A DNA stretch of 63,779 bases, filler included, from Octopus bimaculoides (Eukaryota), in assembly GCF_001194135.2 (NCBI RefSeq). It is 7 parts of 6 records of this genome, joined end to end, with 100 filler letters (N's around TTAATTAATTAA, not from the genome) between each part and the next. Parts side by side here need not be neighbours in the genome. Positions count along the whole stretch, not along the records: positions 19,184 to 34,659 come from NC_069002.1; positions 34,760 to 44,506 come from NC_069001.1; 5 more parts are not named here. One strand, written 5' to 3'. The notes under the pieces are model-generated. The model was not told where the DNA came from. It saw only the letters and a list, made by a program, of their open reading frames with translations, and searched no databases. Shown one piece after another: positions 24,329-35,900 of the stretch (positions are counted from its first letter, which is position 1; each line of letters begins with the position of its first letter). Position numbers and translations under genes: made by a program.

Positions 24329-25400
24329 TGTAGCAGAATAGATTGATTTATAGTTGTCGTTTGGACGTAGCAAAGAACATTTAGCTTATGAAGACCAGGT
24401 TGTAACCATTATTCTGATTGGTTAGTTTTTAGGCGCAAATTGACCCCTAAACAATTGCACCAAATTACACGGTCAACTAATCAGATGTGCTAAAATGGAT
24501 CACGTGTTCTCTTGACGGGAACAATTTTCATCTCTCTTTGGAGCCCAACAGTTTCTTTAAATAGAGCAGCTTTACTCAGTTCACCAGCCTAGCTTGCATT
24601 TGCCTCACGAAGCTATGCCACGCTTGTTTGTGATTGATCACCACAGACTTCGGTGATAGCGCCGCTATCCGCTCTTATTGCATCCAATGCCGACAACATC
24701 AACTTTCTAAAGCATCCTGGCTCAGTGAACTCACTAAATGAATATGACTTTTAGCGTTCCCTCAGAAATCTTCGTTAACTTACACGACGTTAATGTCATT
24801 CCTCTTTCATGTTGAATTATGCAGCAATATTATATTCTCTTCAATGAGCACTTTGCAACATTCTTCCTGTCGTCGGTACTCCGGTCATTCATTGTCTCCA
24901 AGACGCCGGTCGTTTTCTCCTTCTGCTTCGCGATATTTTTGGTATCATGCCCGTTTCAATAAGAATGCGCGGAAATGCGTTCCTCCTTGTTCTTTCCCGC
25001 GTACAGAAAACTTGTACAGGAAGCCTTGAGCACAGCAGCAGCTTTCTCTTCCCAAGCTCAAAATCGTGCAATTTTGGGGGAGGGCTTTAATTCTCGAAGA
25101 TTCTTCATGGTAGACCCTGGCGCATCATGCAGCATTTGGCCGATAAAGTTCCTTACAGATAAGCCTCTTCTTTCAGACATCACACTGCAAGCGGTGAATC
25201 ATTCACTTATAAAAGCATAGGCCAGATTTTTCTGTCTGTAGACTTGGTGCTTAGAAGAAACTTCAAGTGGATTTTTGTCTTTGCTAATGCTCCATTTCCG
25301 ATTCTGGGCGCGGATTTCTTACATAATTTTTCCTTGATTATGGATGTCCGAAGACTACGTTTGAACATTTGGAGTTAATTAAACTGAACCTGCTTGGCAA
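24329..25400 (+). mobile_element. Gypsy-type LTR retrotransposon relic (possible 5' LTR, gag C-terminus, protease)
   Basis: RRRSFSPSASRYFWYHARFNKNARKCVPPCSF (CWYH..F..ARKC..PC gag motif). FMVDPGASCSI..LQAVNHSLIKA and LSVDLVLRRNFKWIFVFANAPFPILGADFLHNFSL form an aspartic protease with DTG mutated to DPG. The LTR limit (TGTAG 24329 to CCACA 24645) is tentative. Confidence 0.75.
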
Positions 25401-27571
25401 GGGAAGTTTTTGACTAAAAAAGTTACCCCTTTTTGGAGCAGATTTAAGTTCATAGTGTATTGTCTTGGCATATTTGTTTACATTTTTCAAACATGGCCTC
25501 CAGTCATGAAAAGGGGGGATATTCTGGGACGTGTAAAAATTGGGTAACAGTTGTACGAATGGTTTGAACGAATGGGCCTAACTTGGGCTTAAACTTCTAG
25601 GCTTCTGCCCTAGTTTCTGCCTTGTTGCTTGTGAGGTTTCTACGACCATCCCAGAATATTCCCCCTTTTGGGTACCACTGTTGTTTATATGTTTACACTT
25701 GCAATTTCTAGCTGTTTACCATTGTTAAAACTGTTTACACGATTCTATGTATGACCCCCACCTTGTCTGCCCTGTATTGTCCCTCTATGTCGGGCCCTAG
25801 TGGCTAATAAAGAATTAAATTTCTTACCGGACAACCACACAGATGATTTGTTTATTGTGTAGATATAAGCTCATTCCCTCCATCAGATCGACATTACCTG
25901 TACAGGGGAAACTGGTTGCCACATGTCAGATGCCGAAGTGATCGCAGAGCAACGTGAAATGAAATGCTTTGCTCAAGAACACANNNNNNNNNNNNNNNNN
26001 NNNNNNNNNNNNNNNNNNNNNNNNNNNNNNNNNNNNNNNNNNNNNNNNNNNNNNNNNNNNNNNNNNNNNNNNNNNNNNNNNNNNNNNNNNNNNNNNNNNN
26101 NNNNNNNNNNNNNNNNNNNNNNNNNNNNNNNNNNNNNNNNNNNNNNNNNNNNNNNNNNNNNNNNNNNNNNNNNNNNNNNNNTATATATATAAATGCTAAT
26201 ATATACTTTTGTTATTTACACCACCTGTCCTCGTCTGTTGTTATTTTTTGTATATTCTCCCACATATAAATGCTAATGCTTCCATTTGATGATTAAATTT
26301 CTCTTCATTAACTGTTTCGGTTTGGTTTAACACATCATGATTGATAACACCCTTCATATTCCAGCAAAAACGGCATAACTTTTTTAGGGTGTTGTCCTGG
26401 TTTGGAATTAGATTTTACATCTCGTTTTTTTTTTTGTTTTTTTTTTTAACTATGATTATAGAGAGCTCACTTTTCATCATTTGTGATGATTCTACCCCGG
26501 AAATATTCAGTAACATATCTACCCCTAAATGAGCGAAAAACAGCCAGATGACGAGTGACCTACTGATCAAATTTAGGCACATTTCCCGGTTGATGGAGGT
26601 GTTTTAGCTTAAACTGAATTTTCCTCAACTACGGTTTTAAGCAGCTCACTATTGACAGAACATGGCCATCCATATCGAAGGGAATCTGCGAGAGAAACAT
26701 TTCTCGAGTAAAACTAACCAAACCATCGTTGGAGAGTCCATACACTTAAAGCCTACTTTCCATTGACAGAACGCACTCACAAACACATAGATACATACAT
26801 ACATAGACACACATACATAGACACACATACATACATATACACACACACATACATACATATACACACACACATTTATATACACGCACATATACTCACAGAC
26901 ATACACGCACACGCACACATATACACACACATACACGCACACTCACTCATACATTCACATACACACAGACAAGCAGAGACTCGCGCATACACACACTTAA
27001 ACATATACGCACACATACACAAAACACACTTACACACACATACTTTCATTGAAGACGATGTTGATTGAGGAGACAACGCTTACACATAGCTGATATGGTT
27101 AATATTACTTATTCTTATTATTTTTATATTCTTCATTGTTTTTACATTTTGCCTTTTGCATGTTTTTTTTTCTTCTTCTTTTTTTGCTATTGTTTGATGA
27201 CAAAATGTTTTGACATCAATGAACAAACAACTTTTTAAGACATGCGCAGTGAACGTCTAGATTATGACCGAGAAAACAAGCCACATGTCGTTTTTGCATG
27301 TGACATTCCCTCCGCCGCTCATATTTGAATGCACGAGATATTCTCTTCGCATTCACGAGGTTCCGGGATTGATCACCCTGCATGACATCTTGGATGCCTT
27401 TTACCCTCATCTCAGCTGGACCCAAGCCTGTGAGTGTAAATAGAAACTGTGCGGAAGCCCGTCAACCAATAATTTTAAGATCTAATCTTATCATACACTG
27501 TTTCACGCTGTTTCCGATTGAGAATTCCATTATGGGATACATTTGTCTATGAAATACTCAACAATTTACAA

Positions 27572-27760
27572 TCCTCAGACATCCATCCGCCCATCCACCC
27601 ATCTACTCATCTGCCCATCCATCCGCCCATCCACCCATCCACTCATCTGCCCATCCACTCATCTGCCCATCCACTTATCTGCCCATCCACCCATCAATCA
27701 GTTCATCCATTTATAATCCTCACCCGCCCATCTGCCCATCCACCCATCCACCTATCAATC
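27572..27760. repeat. (CCCATCYR)-type minisatellite
   Basis: Repeating cccatccac/ccatctgcc/catccgcc 4- and 8-mers. Confidence 0.8.
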
Positions 27761-28229
27761 TGTTCTTCCACATAACACAGAATGTCTTTATAGAGAGATT
27801 TAACTGAGATGGCGCCAGTACGTTATCAGAAGTTATGGTCCTGTTAGGATGTGAATATGAAATCTTATATGACCTTGTTATCGCCAGGTCAGCTTTGAAC
27901 AATCAGGGGCTTTCCACCCATGACAGTTTAGTCTTAGTTTCTTGGCTATAATATCTAATATGTACTATTTTCTAACAGTAGCGTTATGTTTGAGTAAGTG
28001 GCTGCTATTTTTAGCAAAGTCAGCTCCTGTAAAGTGCCACCGTCCTAAGTCGTGGTCTGAGATGCTCTAGGAAGAACTAATTAATTAATAGCCCTGACGT
28101 GAACAAATGGCATCAGAGGCACAAATTAATTAATCAAAAAGTCTTTTAATTTTGCTATATTGTAGTTATCAAATAGCACTCCGTCGTTTACGACGATGTG
28201 GGTTCAAATCAATCCGATCAACGGGATAG

Positions 28230-28497
28230 CCTGCTCATGAAAGCAACGTGCAAGTGGCTGAGCACTCCACGGACACGTGAACACTTAATGCAGTTCTCAG
28301 GGAGATTCAGCGTGACACAGAATGTGATAAGGTTGGTCCTTTGAAACACAGGTACTACTCACTTTTGCCAGCTGAATGGAGTGGAGCAATGTGAAATAAA
28401 ACGTCTTGCTCAAGGACACAACGTGTCGCCGGGAATTGAACTCACGACCTTCCGATCGTGAGCCGAATACCTCAACCACTAAGCCACGCGCCTTCAC
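28230..28497 (-). mobile_element. SINE family B, near full length
   Basis: Minus strand ggcgcgtggcttagtggttgagg...gagttcaattcccggcgacacgttgtgtccttgagcaagacg. Confidence 0.78.
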
Positions 28498-28958
28498 TAG
28501 CCATCAAATATGTTAATTATAATCCCTGTAAAAATGACTTCTATTGAAAACGCAACTCTGTCAAACCACAGTGCACCTTAAAATTGCGCGATAAATAAAC
28601 CACACATGTTGTTCGCGTATCATTCGGTATGACTTCGGAGTTTGGGTATTTCCCACAGTACATCTAGAAAATAAACAAAATACTTGAAAGATAAAACTAA
28701 AACAGAATTCCTAAAATAAACTATAATAAAACTTTGAAAAATTTTACACCGGCAAGTTTTTATAAGTTATGCACTGCAAAGAGGAGATAATTAATTGGTT
28801 TATTATCTCGTTGTAATATTGACTAGAGTAATTAATATGACAGCCGATTACAATATTTTTTAATCGTTTGTTCATTGTAGCGTAATGTCATTCAATCGTT
28901 AGAGCATCGCTGGTATCTGTCAATAAATCGATTAATATCTTTTTTTTTACCTTCTTTA

Positions 28959-30518
28959 TATGAGGATGAGTAAAAAGTAAGCAACGTTTTGAACCATGAA
29001 GAATTTGTACTGAATTTTTGCAGAGTTTAGATTTTTTTTTAAACATTCTTTTGCAGTTGTCTGATAATACAGACAGACTTGCTCTACTGCATCAATAAAT
29101 TAACATTAATATTTTTTTTCACCGTTGTTACAATCATCTGAAATGGAACTGTCAAAGCGCGATATTCGAGCAATTTTGTTATTCAACTTCAAAAAAGGAC
29201 GTAAATCGGCTGAAACTGCACACGATACCAACGATACGTTTGACGAGGAAATGACCAGTGAGTGGTCAGCTCGAAAATGGTTTAAACGATTTCGCAGTGG
29301 AGACCTGTTGTGTTTCCCTCGGATGACTCGTAGAGATAACACAACGAGTTGTACAATTTAATTATTACATTTATTATTCAATTACATACAAAGAACGCAC
29401 TCACCCAATGTTCGTTATGAATAAACAAAAGTCATGTCCGCCATATATATATCAATGACATTTTACTACGACAGTCACACAAGACAACAACAATGAAACA
29501 ATGAACTCAGACGAACCACGATGACACACGGAACGTCAAACGAATTACATATCTAACAGTCCATATAACAAGACCTGAGCCTTGAAGATCGTGAGCATAA
29601 TGGATGCCCATCTGTCATCGATGACGATCAATTAAAGACCGTCATTGAGAAAGATCCATGTAAAAACACTCGGGAATTGGCAAAAGAACTTAAAGTTAGC
29701 CAGAAAACTGCCTGCAACTATTTGCATGCAATCAGAAAATCAAGAAAGCTTGACAAATGGGTACGACACGATTTGAATGAAAATCAGAAAATGCGCAGAT
29801 ATGAAATTTGCTCGTCGCTTCTTCTCCGCAACCACACCGATCTATTTCTCGACCGTATTGTAACTTACGATGAAAAGTGGATTCTGTGCAATAATAAAAA
29901 ATACTCTTCGCAGTGGTTGGACCAAAATGAAGCACCGAAAACTTTCCCTAAACCCGAACTCTTCAAAATGAAGGTTACGGTGGTGACTGTTTGGTGGTGT
30001 ACTGCTGGACTCATCCATTATAACTTCGTAAAACTCGGAAAAACCATTACTGCAGAAACATATTGCCATGAAATTGCCAAATTGAACGAAAGACTGCTAC
30101 TCCTACGTCCGAAACTGGTCAACAGAAGAGGACCAATCATTCTTCATGACAATGCTCGATCACACGTTTCACTAATGATGCTCCAGAAGTTGAGGGAACT
30201 TGGTTATGAAGTTCTTCCCCACCCAGCTTATTCCCCCAGACCTTTCTTCTACCGACTACCACTTTTTCAAACACCTTAATGGTTTCCTGAGAGAGGAGTT
30301 CAAAAATCAAACTGATGCTGAAAGTGCGTTCAAAGAGTTCATCAGCTCCAGAATTCCAGATTTTTATGTTACCGGAATAAACAAACTTGTAACTCGTTGG
30401 GAAAAATGGGCTGATTGCAATGGTACTTACTTTGATGAATAAAATTTCTGCATTGCTGAAATATATTGTGATGAATTTCATGTTTCAAAATGTTGCCTAC
30501 TTTTTACTCAGCCTGATA
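28959..30518 (+). mobile_element. Full-length mariner transposon with TIRs, interrupted by a solo LTR
   Basis: TIRs tatgaggatgagtaaaaagtaagcaacgttttgaaccatgaa and ttcatgtttcaaaatgttgcctactttttactcagcctgata, with TA ends. Transposase runs from ATG 29143 to stop 30442 with YDEKW, HDNA and SPDLSSTDY motifs. Confidence 0.92.
29306..29570 (-). mobile_element. Solo LTR (265 bp)
   Basis: TGTT...AACA ends flanked by the 5-bp direct repeat AGACC (29301-29305 and 29571-29575). Excising it restores the mariner frame RSGDLSLEDRE. Orientation inferred from TATATATA followed by AATAAA on the minus strand. Confidence 0.85.
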
Positions 30519-31019
30519 TTCATTTATTTTTGCGAGTCAGCCATCATATTGAAGGAGTCATGTCAAAACGTTTGTTAAATGTTGTCATCGATAAAAGGGT
30601 AAGTCGTTTTACATGCGTTCCTATACTTCCTAAAATCGGATTTGGGAATCTTGGTTGCCGATGACCCCTCCATCACCTGCCACCCTTGTACAGAACCAAT
30701 CCACGTTATTTGAAAATAATTTTTGAATGCATCTGCCTAAAATACTACAAAACTCTGTAATAAAAAAAGGTAACACAAAAAACAACCGACATTACAAATA
30801 TCCTTCTTACTTTAGACATTAGGCTTGAATTTTTGAGGGAAGGGGCCAGTTGATTACATTGACCACAATGCTTTAATGGTACTTTTTATCGGTAGCAAAA
30901 AGATGAAATCAAAGTCGACCTCAGAGAGTCGGAAGGAATGCCAATAAGCATTTTGTCCGGTGCGCTAATGATTCTTGCAACTCACCGCCATTAGAAATAT
31001 TAAAAGAAATTAATAAACA

Positions 31020-31125
31020 AAAGGCGGTGAGCTGGCAGAACCGTTAGCACGCCGGGCGAAATGCTTAGCGGTATTTCGTCTGCCGTTACGTTCTGAGTTC
31101 AAATTCCGCCGAGGTCGACTTTGCC
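31020..31125 (+). mobile_element. tRNA-headed SINE, family C
   Basis: ggcggtgagctggcagaaccgttagcacgccgggcgaaatgcttagcggtatttcg...ctgagttcaaattccgccgaggtcgactttgcc. Related fragments at about 30830-30990(-), 39100-39215(-), 39500-39660(-), 52365-52450(+) and 59370-59500(+). Confidence 0.72.
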
Positions 31126-31224
31126 ACTTTTGTGAAGCATATAAATTTGCTTTTAGGTTGTTAAATTGCTAAAAAAACACCCATATTATTTGTGCATATA
31201 CGTATTTACGACCCGCTTCGCTCA

Positions 31225-31345
31225 GTTTCCGTCAACCAAATCCACCCACAAGGCTTTGGTTGGCTCGAAGCTACATCAAAAGACACTTGTCCAGGGTGCC
31301 ACGCAATGGAACTAAACCCGGAAGCATGTGATTAAGAAGCAAGCT
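31225..31345 (-). mobile_element. SINE family A
   Basis: ccacaaggctttggttggc...aaaagacacttgtccagggtgccacgcaatggaactaaacccgg...aagcttattaccacag. Confidence 0.7.
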
Positions 31346-32004
31346 TATTACCACAGATGGTATAAGCTTTTAACAGTGAAATTATAAATAATTAACATTA
31401 TCGACAAAAGTTGTAAATTCACATTACAAGTTAATGACATTCGTGTATCTGATAAGATCTTAGTTTTATCTTAATAACCATTACTGGTTTTATCATATAT
31501 AATATAATTACTACATAAAATTTAGTATGTTAATTATGGTACCTCACCACCCCTCCACCGTTCCCTAAAGCCCAACACACCTTTCGACATGCCCACGCCC
31601 CTTTGAGGGCGGTACCGTCGAAGTTGAGAACTTCTGTCTTAGATGATAATTAACGTTTGCTCATGCAAATGAGTCTTTCACACTTTCTTGGCGCTGTCGT
31701 TACCGATCCAATTTCCGCACAATACATGAACATAATCGGTTGACTTTGAAGAACATATCCGCCGGGAAGCATTCAACTTTAATATACCAAGTACTTGACA
31801 TCCTATTTCTCATTTATGATATCATTCTTGTTGTTAACGTATGAAGAGTCATTTAAAAAGTAGCTGACGTATACTTCACCTACTTGACGCAATCTCCATC
31901 ACAATTAGCAGCTAAATTAATCAATACTAAGCAGACACAGAAAGCGTAAATGAACATTGTACTACATAGTTTAATGTGTTGATCTCAAATTTTGACGTCC
32001 GTTG

Positions 32005-32147
32005 TACGCTAAGAAGCATGCTTCCAGATCACATGATTTATGTTTCAGTTCCAGTGCTTGGCACCTTGGGTAAGTGTCTTCTACTATTGCTCCGGGTCGA
32101 CAAAAGCTTTGTAAGTGAAAATGGCAGGCGTAAAATAGAAGCCTTTC

Positions 32148-32150
<3 letters not shown>
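32005..32150 (+). mobile_element. SINE family A
   Basis: aagaagcatgcttcc...ggcaccttgggtaagtgtcttctactat...aaagctttgtaagtg. Confidence 0.65.
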
Positions 32151-33008
<858 letters not shown>

Positions 33009-33537
33009 AAAATACCCACTCTATTGATAGATATACGAGTGCACCTTTTTCCTGACTTATGGAGTTTTAGACGACTTACATACACACACACACACACACC
33101 TGCACACACTCACACACACACACACACACACACCTGCACACACTCATACATAAGCACACACCCAGGAAAAAGTTTAATAAAATGACATTACAGTTTGTCT
33201 AGTGCCTGGCCTCGTCATGCCTTTCTTTTCTAAAGATTATGATGTTCTGGTTTGATATATTCAGTGCACTTTATTTATGACAGCCATAGTGACATAGTTG
33301 GGAGAAGATTCACTATAAATGCGAATCAGAGCAGACAGACACAACCGTTTCATCTCAATAAATGTCGTGTAAAACTGTCGAAGTATTGATTGAACAGGAG
33401 GACGGCTGGCTTTGTTGCTGTGTCTGGACTCTACGAGTTAAAAAAAGAGCACCAACAAGTACCATGGAAATTCCACCGCTTTATTTTGAGGTACATTTCC
33501 CCTCTAAGTTGTAGTAACGCCTTAATAGTAGCAGACA

Positions 33538-33668
33538 TTCCGGAAAGCTTATCCACGCATGCGCAGGGACTAGTTCCGGAAGGAATACAGGAAGAGTCTC
33601 ATGCGCATGCGTAGTCATCAATATTCAAGTTTCGCGCCCTTACTCATTCTCTTTCTCGGCCGGCCGAC
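33538..33668. promoter_or_regulatory. Promoter-like CpG-richer island with paired NRF1-type and ETS-type motifs
   Basis: TTCCGGAA at 33538-33545 and 33574-33581. ACGCATGCGCA at 33555-33565 and its reverse complement TGCGCATGCGT at 33602-33612. GC-rich CGGCCGGCCG at about 33657-33666. Confidence 0.6.
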
Positions 33669-35039
33669 CATGAGCCTGGACGTCTTCAAGCTGTCTCTCT
33701 CCAACATTCCAACTCTGGAGACAGCTCTTTCCAACATTCCAACTTTGGAGCTAGACAAATAACCAACCAACATCAATGACGGCTTCTCAGCAACCAAAGG
33801 GCGAAGTGCTGCCTATTTCCTCTGTAAATAAATATTGTTGTGTTGATGGTTCAGAATCTGCGTTCCGTTGTTTCTTCAGAAATTTAATGTACGGAAGCGG
33901 GTATACACCTAATGGTGTATAACCACTTTCCTATAAAGTAATAACATCCTGTCGTTCCTTCATAATGCTTTAATTTCTGGGAAAACTTGTCTTATCTCTT
34001 TTATCGTGTTTTCTATTTTTACCTGTTTTCTCATTCTATCATGTCCAAAATATTCTTTCTAATCATCCTTGTTTATATTTTGCCTTCTTTCAGCTTCCCT
34101 TTTGTTATAAACAAACACATTCAGACTCCATTTCTTGTATTAATTTCACTCCTCTTCCCTTGAATTAATGCTCCTTGTCGTTCCTGATTCTCCTCCCCTT
34201 ATTCCCAATTTCTATCTTCTCTCTTTGCCCATTCTCTAGTCCTTTCTTGTATCTTCTCTGCTCTCACGATTTAATTCTCGCTGTCGTGTTCTATGATCTT
34301 TGTCGGCCGTAAACACACTAAATTCTGTTTCCGTGATAAGAAAAAATAAGTCCATTCATTATATCAGATAGCTGGTAACACCCGTGTCCAGAATATATTG
34401 TTATACAGCTTTTACGAAGAAAGTTAGGAACACGGCTAATATGTACAAAAGTTGGAAAAATTTCAATGAGCTCCGTTTAATCTCTGTCGGTTTGAATGTT
34501 TCTTTATATGATATATTATATATTATTAAAATTTTACATTAAAATCTTAGATAAGTATTTATATGGTATATGCCTCACAGAATGGTTTTGGACGGGTTCT
34601 TCGCTGTAGAGTGGTGGTTCGTCTCTAAATTAGTTATATATATATATATATATATATATNNNNNNNNNNNNNNNNNNNNNNNNNNNNNNNNNNNNNNNNN
34701 NNNTTAATTAATTAANNNNNNNNNNNNNNNNNNNNNNNNNNNNNNNNNNNNNNNNNNNNCTATTACTTCCCATAAACTTCACCACCAGCACCATCACTAT
34801 CACAACAGTTACCGACACTGCCACCACCTCCATCACCACCTCCATCACACTACTACTACCGCTACCTACCACTACAACAACCAGCACTACTGTTATTACT
34901 ATCTCCACAAAACTTCGCCGCCACAATCTTCGCCGTGAGCACCACCACCACTACTACTATAGCAACAACAAAAACTATTATCATCATCATTGCCATCTTA
35001 CCCCCACACCGCCACTCATCTCAAAGCACATCCGGTGCA

Positions 35040-35900
35040 TTTTAAGCTAGCTTCCTTGCCCCAGGGGGATGAAATAACACGGTCTTGAACAGGGTACGAA
35101 CCCTCCATGCAACGTTTTTTAACACGCCTGGTGCTTCCACGTAATCCTCAGGCTGTGGCCACATGGCATAACAAGCTAAAAGCAGGACGATAGGATGCGA
35201 AGAATAAAAAAACTGAGAAAAAGCGGAAAAGAAGTAGATGCGGAAGGTTGAAAAACCGGAAAACGAGAAAGAAAAAAGCAAGAGGGTGAGAATTAGAGTT
35301 ATGTCCCCCTTAGCCGTAAAGTCATAAGGTTTAAAGGATAGTGGTCTAGAGTCTATGGTACACCTGCTCAATTTGGAGGGGGTGGCACTTTCCAATTCGT
35401 CAACAGAAATTTATCCATATGTTTACAGCTCCTGAAAATTTTATATCTGGAAATCAGCAGTGTGGTAGAGTTTTTAGATCAGAAAAGGATCTGTGTTCTT
35501 TCAGCTACGTATAGCTTACATTGTTTTGATCCGTTGGCATATAGTGTGGACTTTTCGACTATTTTCCACTTTATTGAATGTGGGGTGGCACTAGACTTCA
35601 AACCCCATGCGTGACTAACCAACTTAGTGGATTTACTTTTGTCCCTGTATTGGAAGGAAGTTATGTGGTTGGCATATCGATTTTTGAAGTCACCTTCACA
35701 CAGCCCGATGTAGCACTTCTTTTCAATGCTAGTAAGTACCTATATTGCAAGAAATGAGAGTTAAATCTCTTAGAGTTGCGTGAAACGCACGTTTGTATGC
35801 ACTGGCAGAGGAGCTAACTGCCCCATGAGCAAAGCTAGGAGCACTGGACCGTTTTCGTCGCTTAGTTTAGGACTCATCAGCAGTGTCACTCCATTGCCTC
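35040..35900 (-). mobile_element. Penelope-like element remnant with GIY-YIG endonuclease C-terminal half
   Basis: Minus-strand frame from 35712: YIGLCEGDFKNRYANHITSFQYRDKSKSTKLVSHAWGLKSSATPHSIKWKIVEKSTLYANGSKQCKLYVAERTQILF*SKNSTTLLISRYKIFRSCKHMDKFLLTNWK (one stop), typical of the PLE endonuclease. A hammerhead lies upstream. Outer boundaries are approximate. Confidence 0.8.
35838..35892 (-). ncRNA. Type I hammerhead ribozyme motif (PLE-associated, minimal stem III)
   Basis: Minus strand: GGAG-TGA-CACTG | CTGATGA | GTC ctaaactaagc GAC | GAAA acg GTC | CAGTG-CTCC. Core, stem I with UGA bulge, stem II and GUC cleavage triplet are all present. Confidence 0.75.

Noticed and set aside
28400-28497. 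tRNA genes at SINE heads (also about 19750-19820 and 31020-31110)
   Set aside because: A and B boxes are present, but they run into SINE core domains and I could not fold a full cloverleaf.
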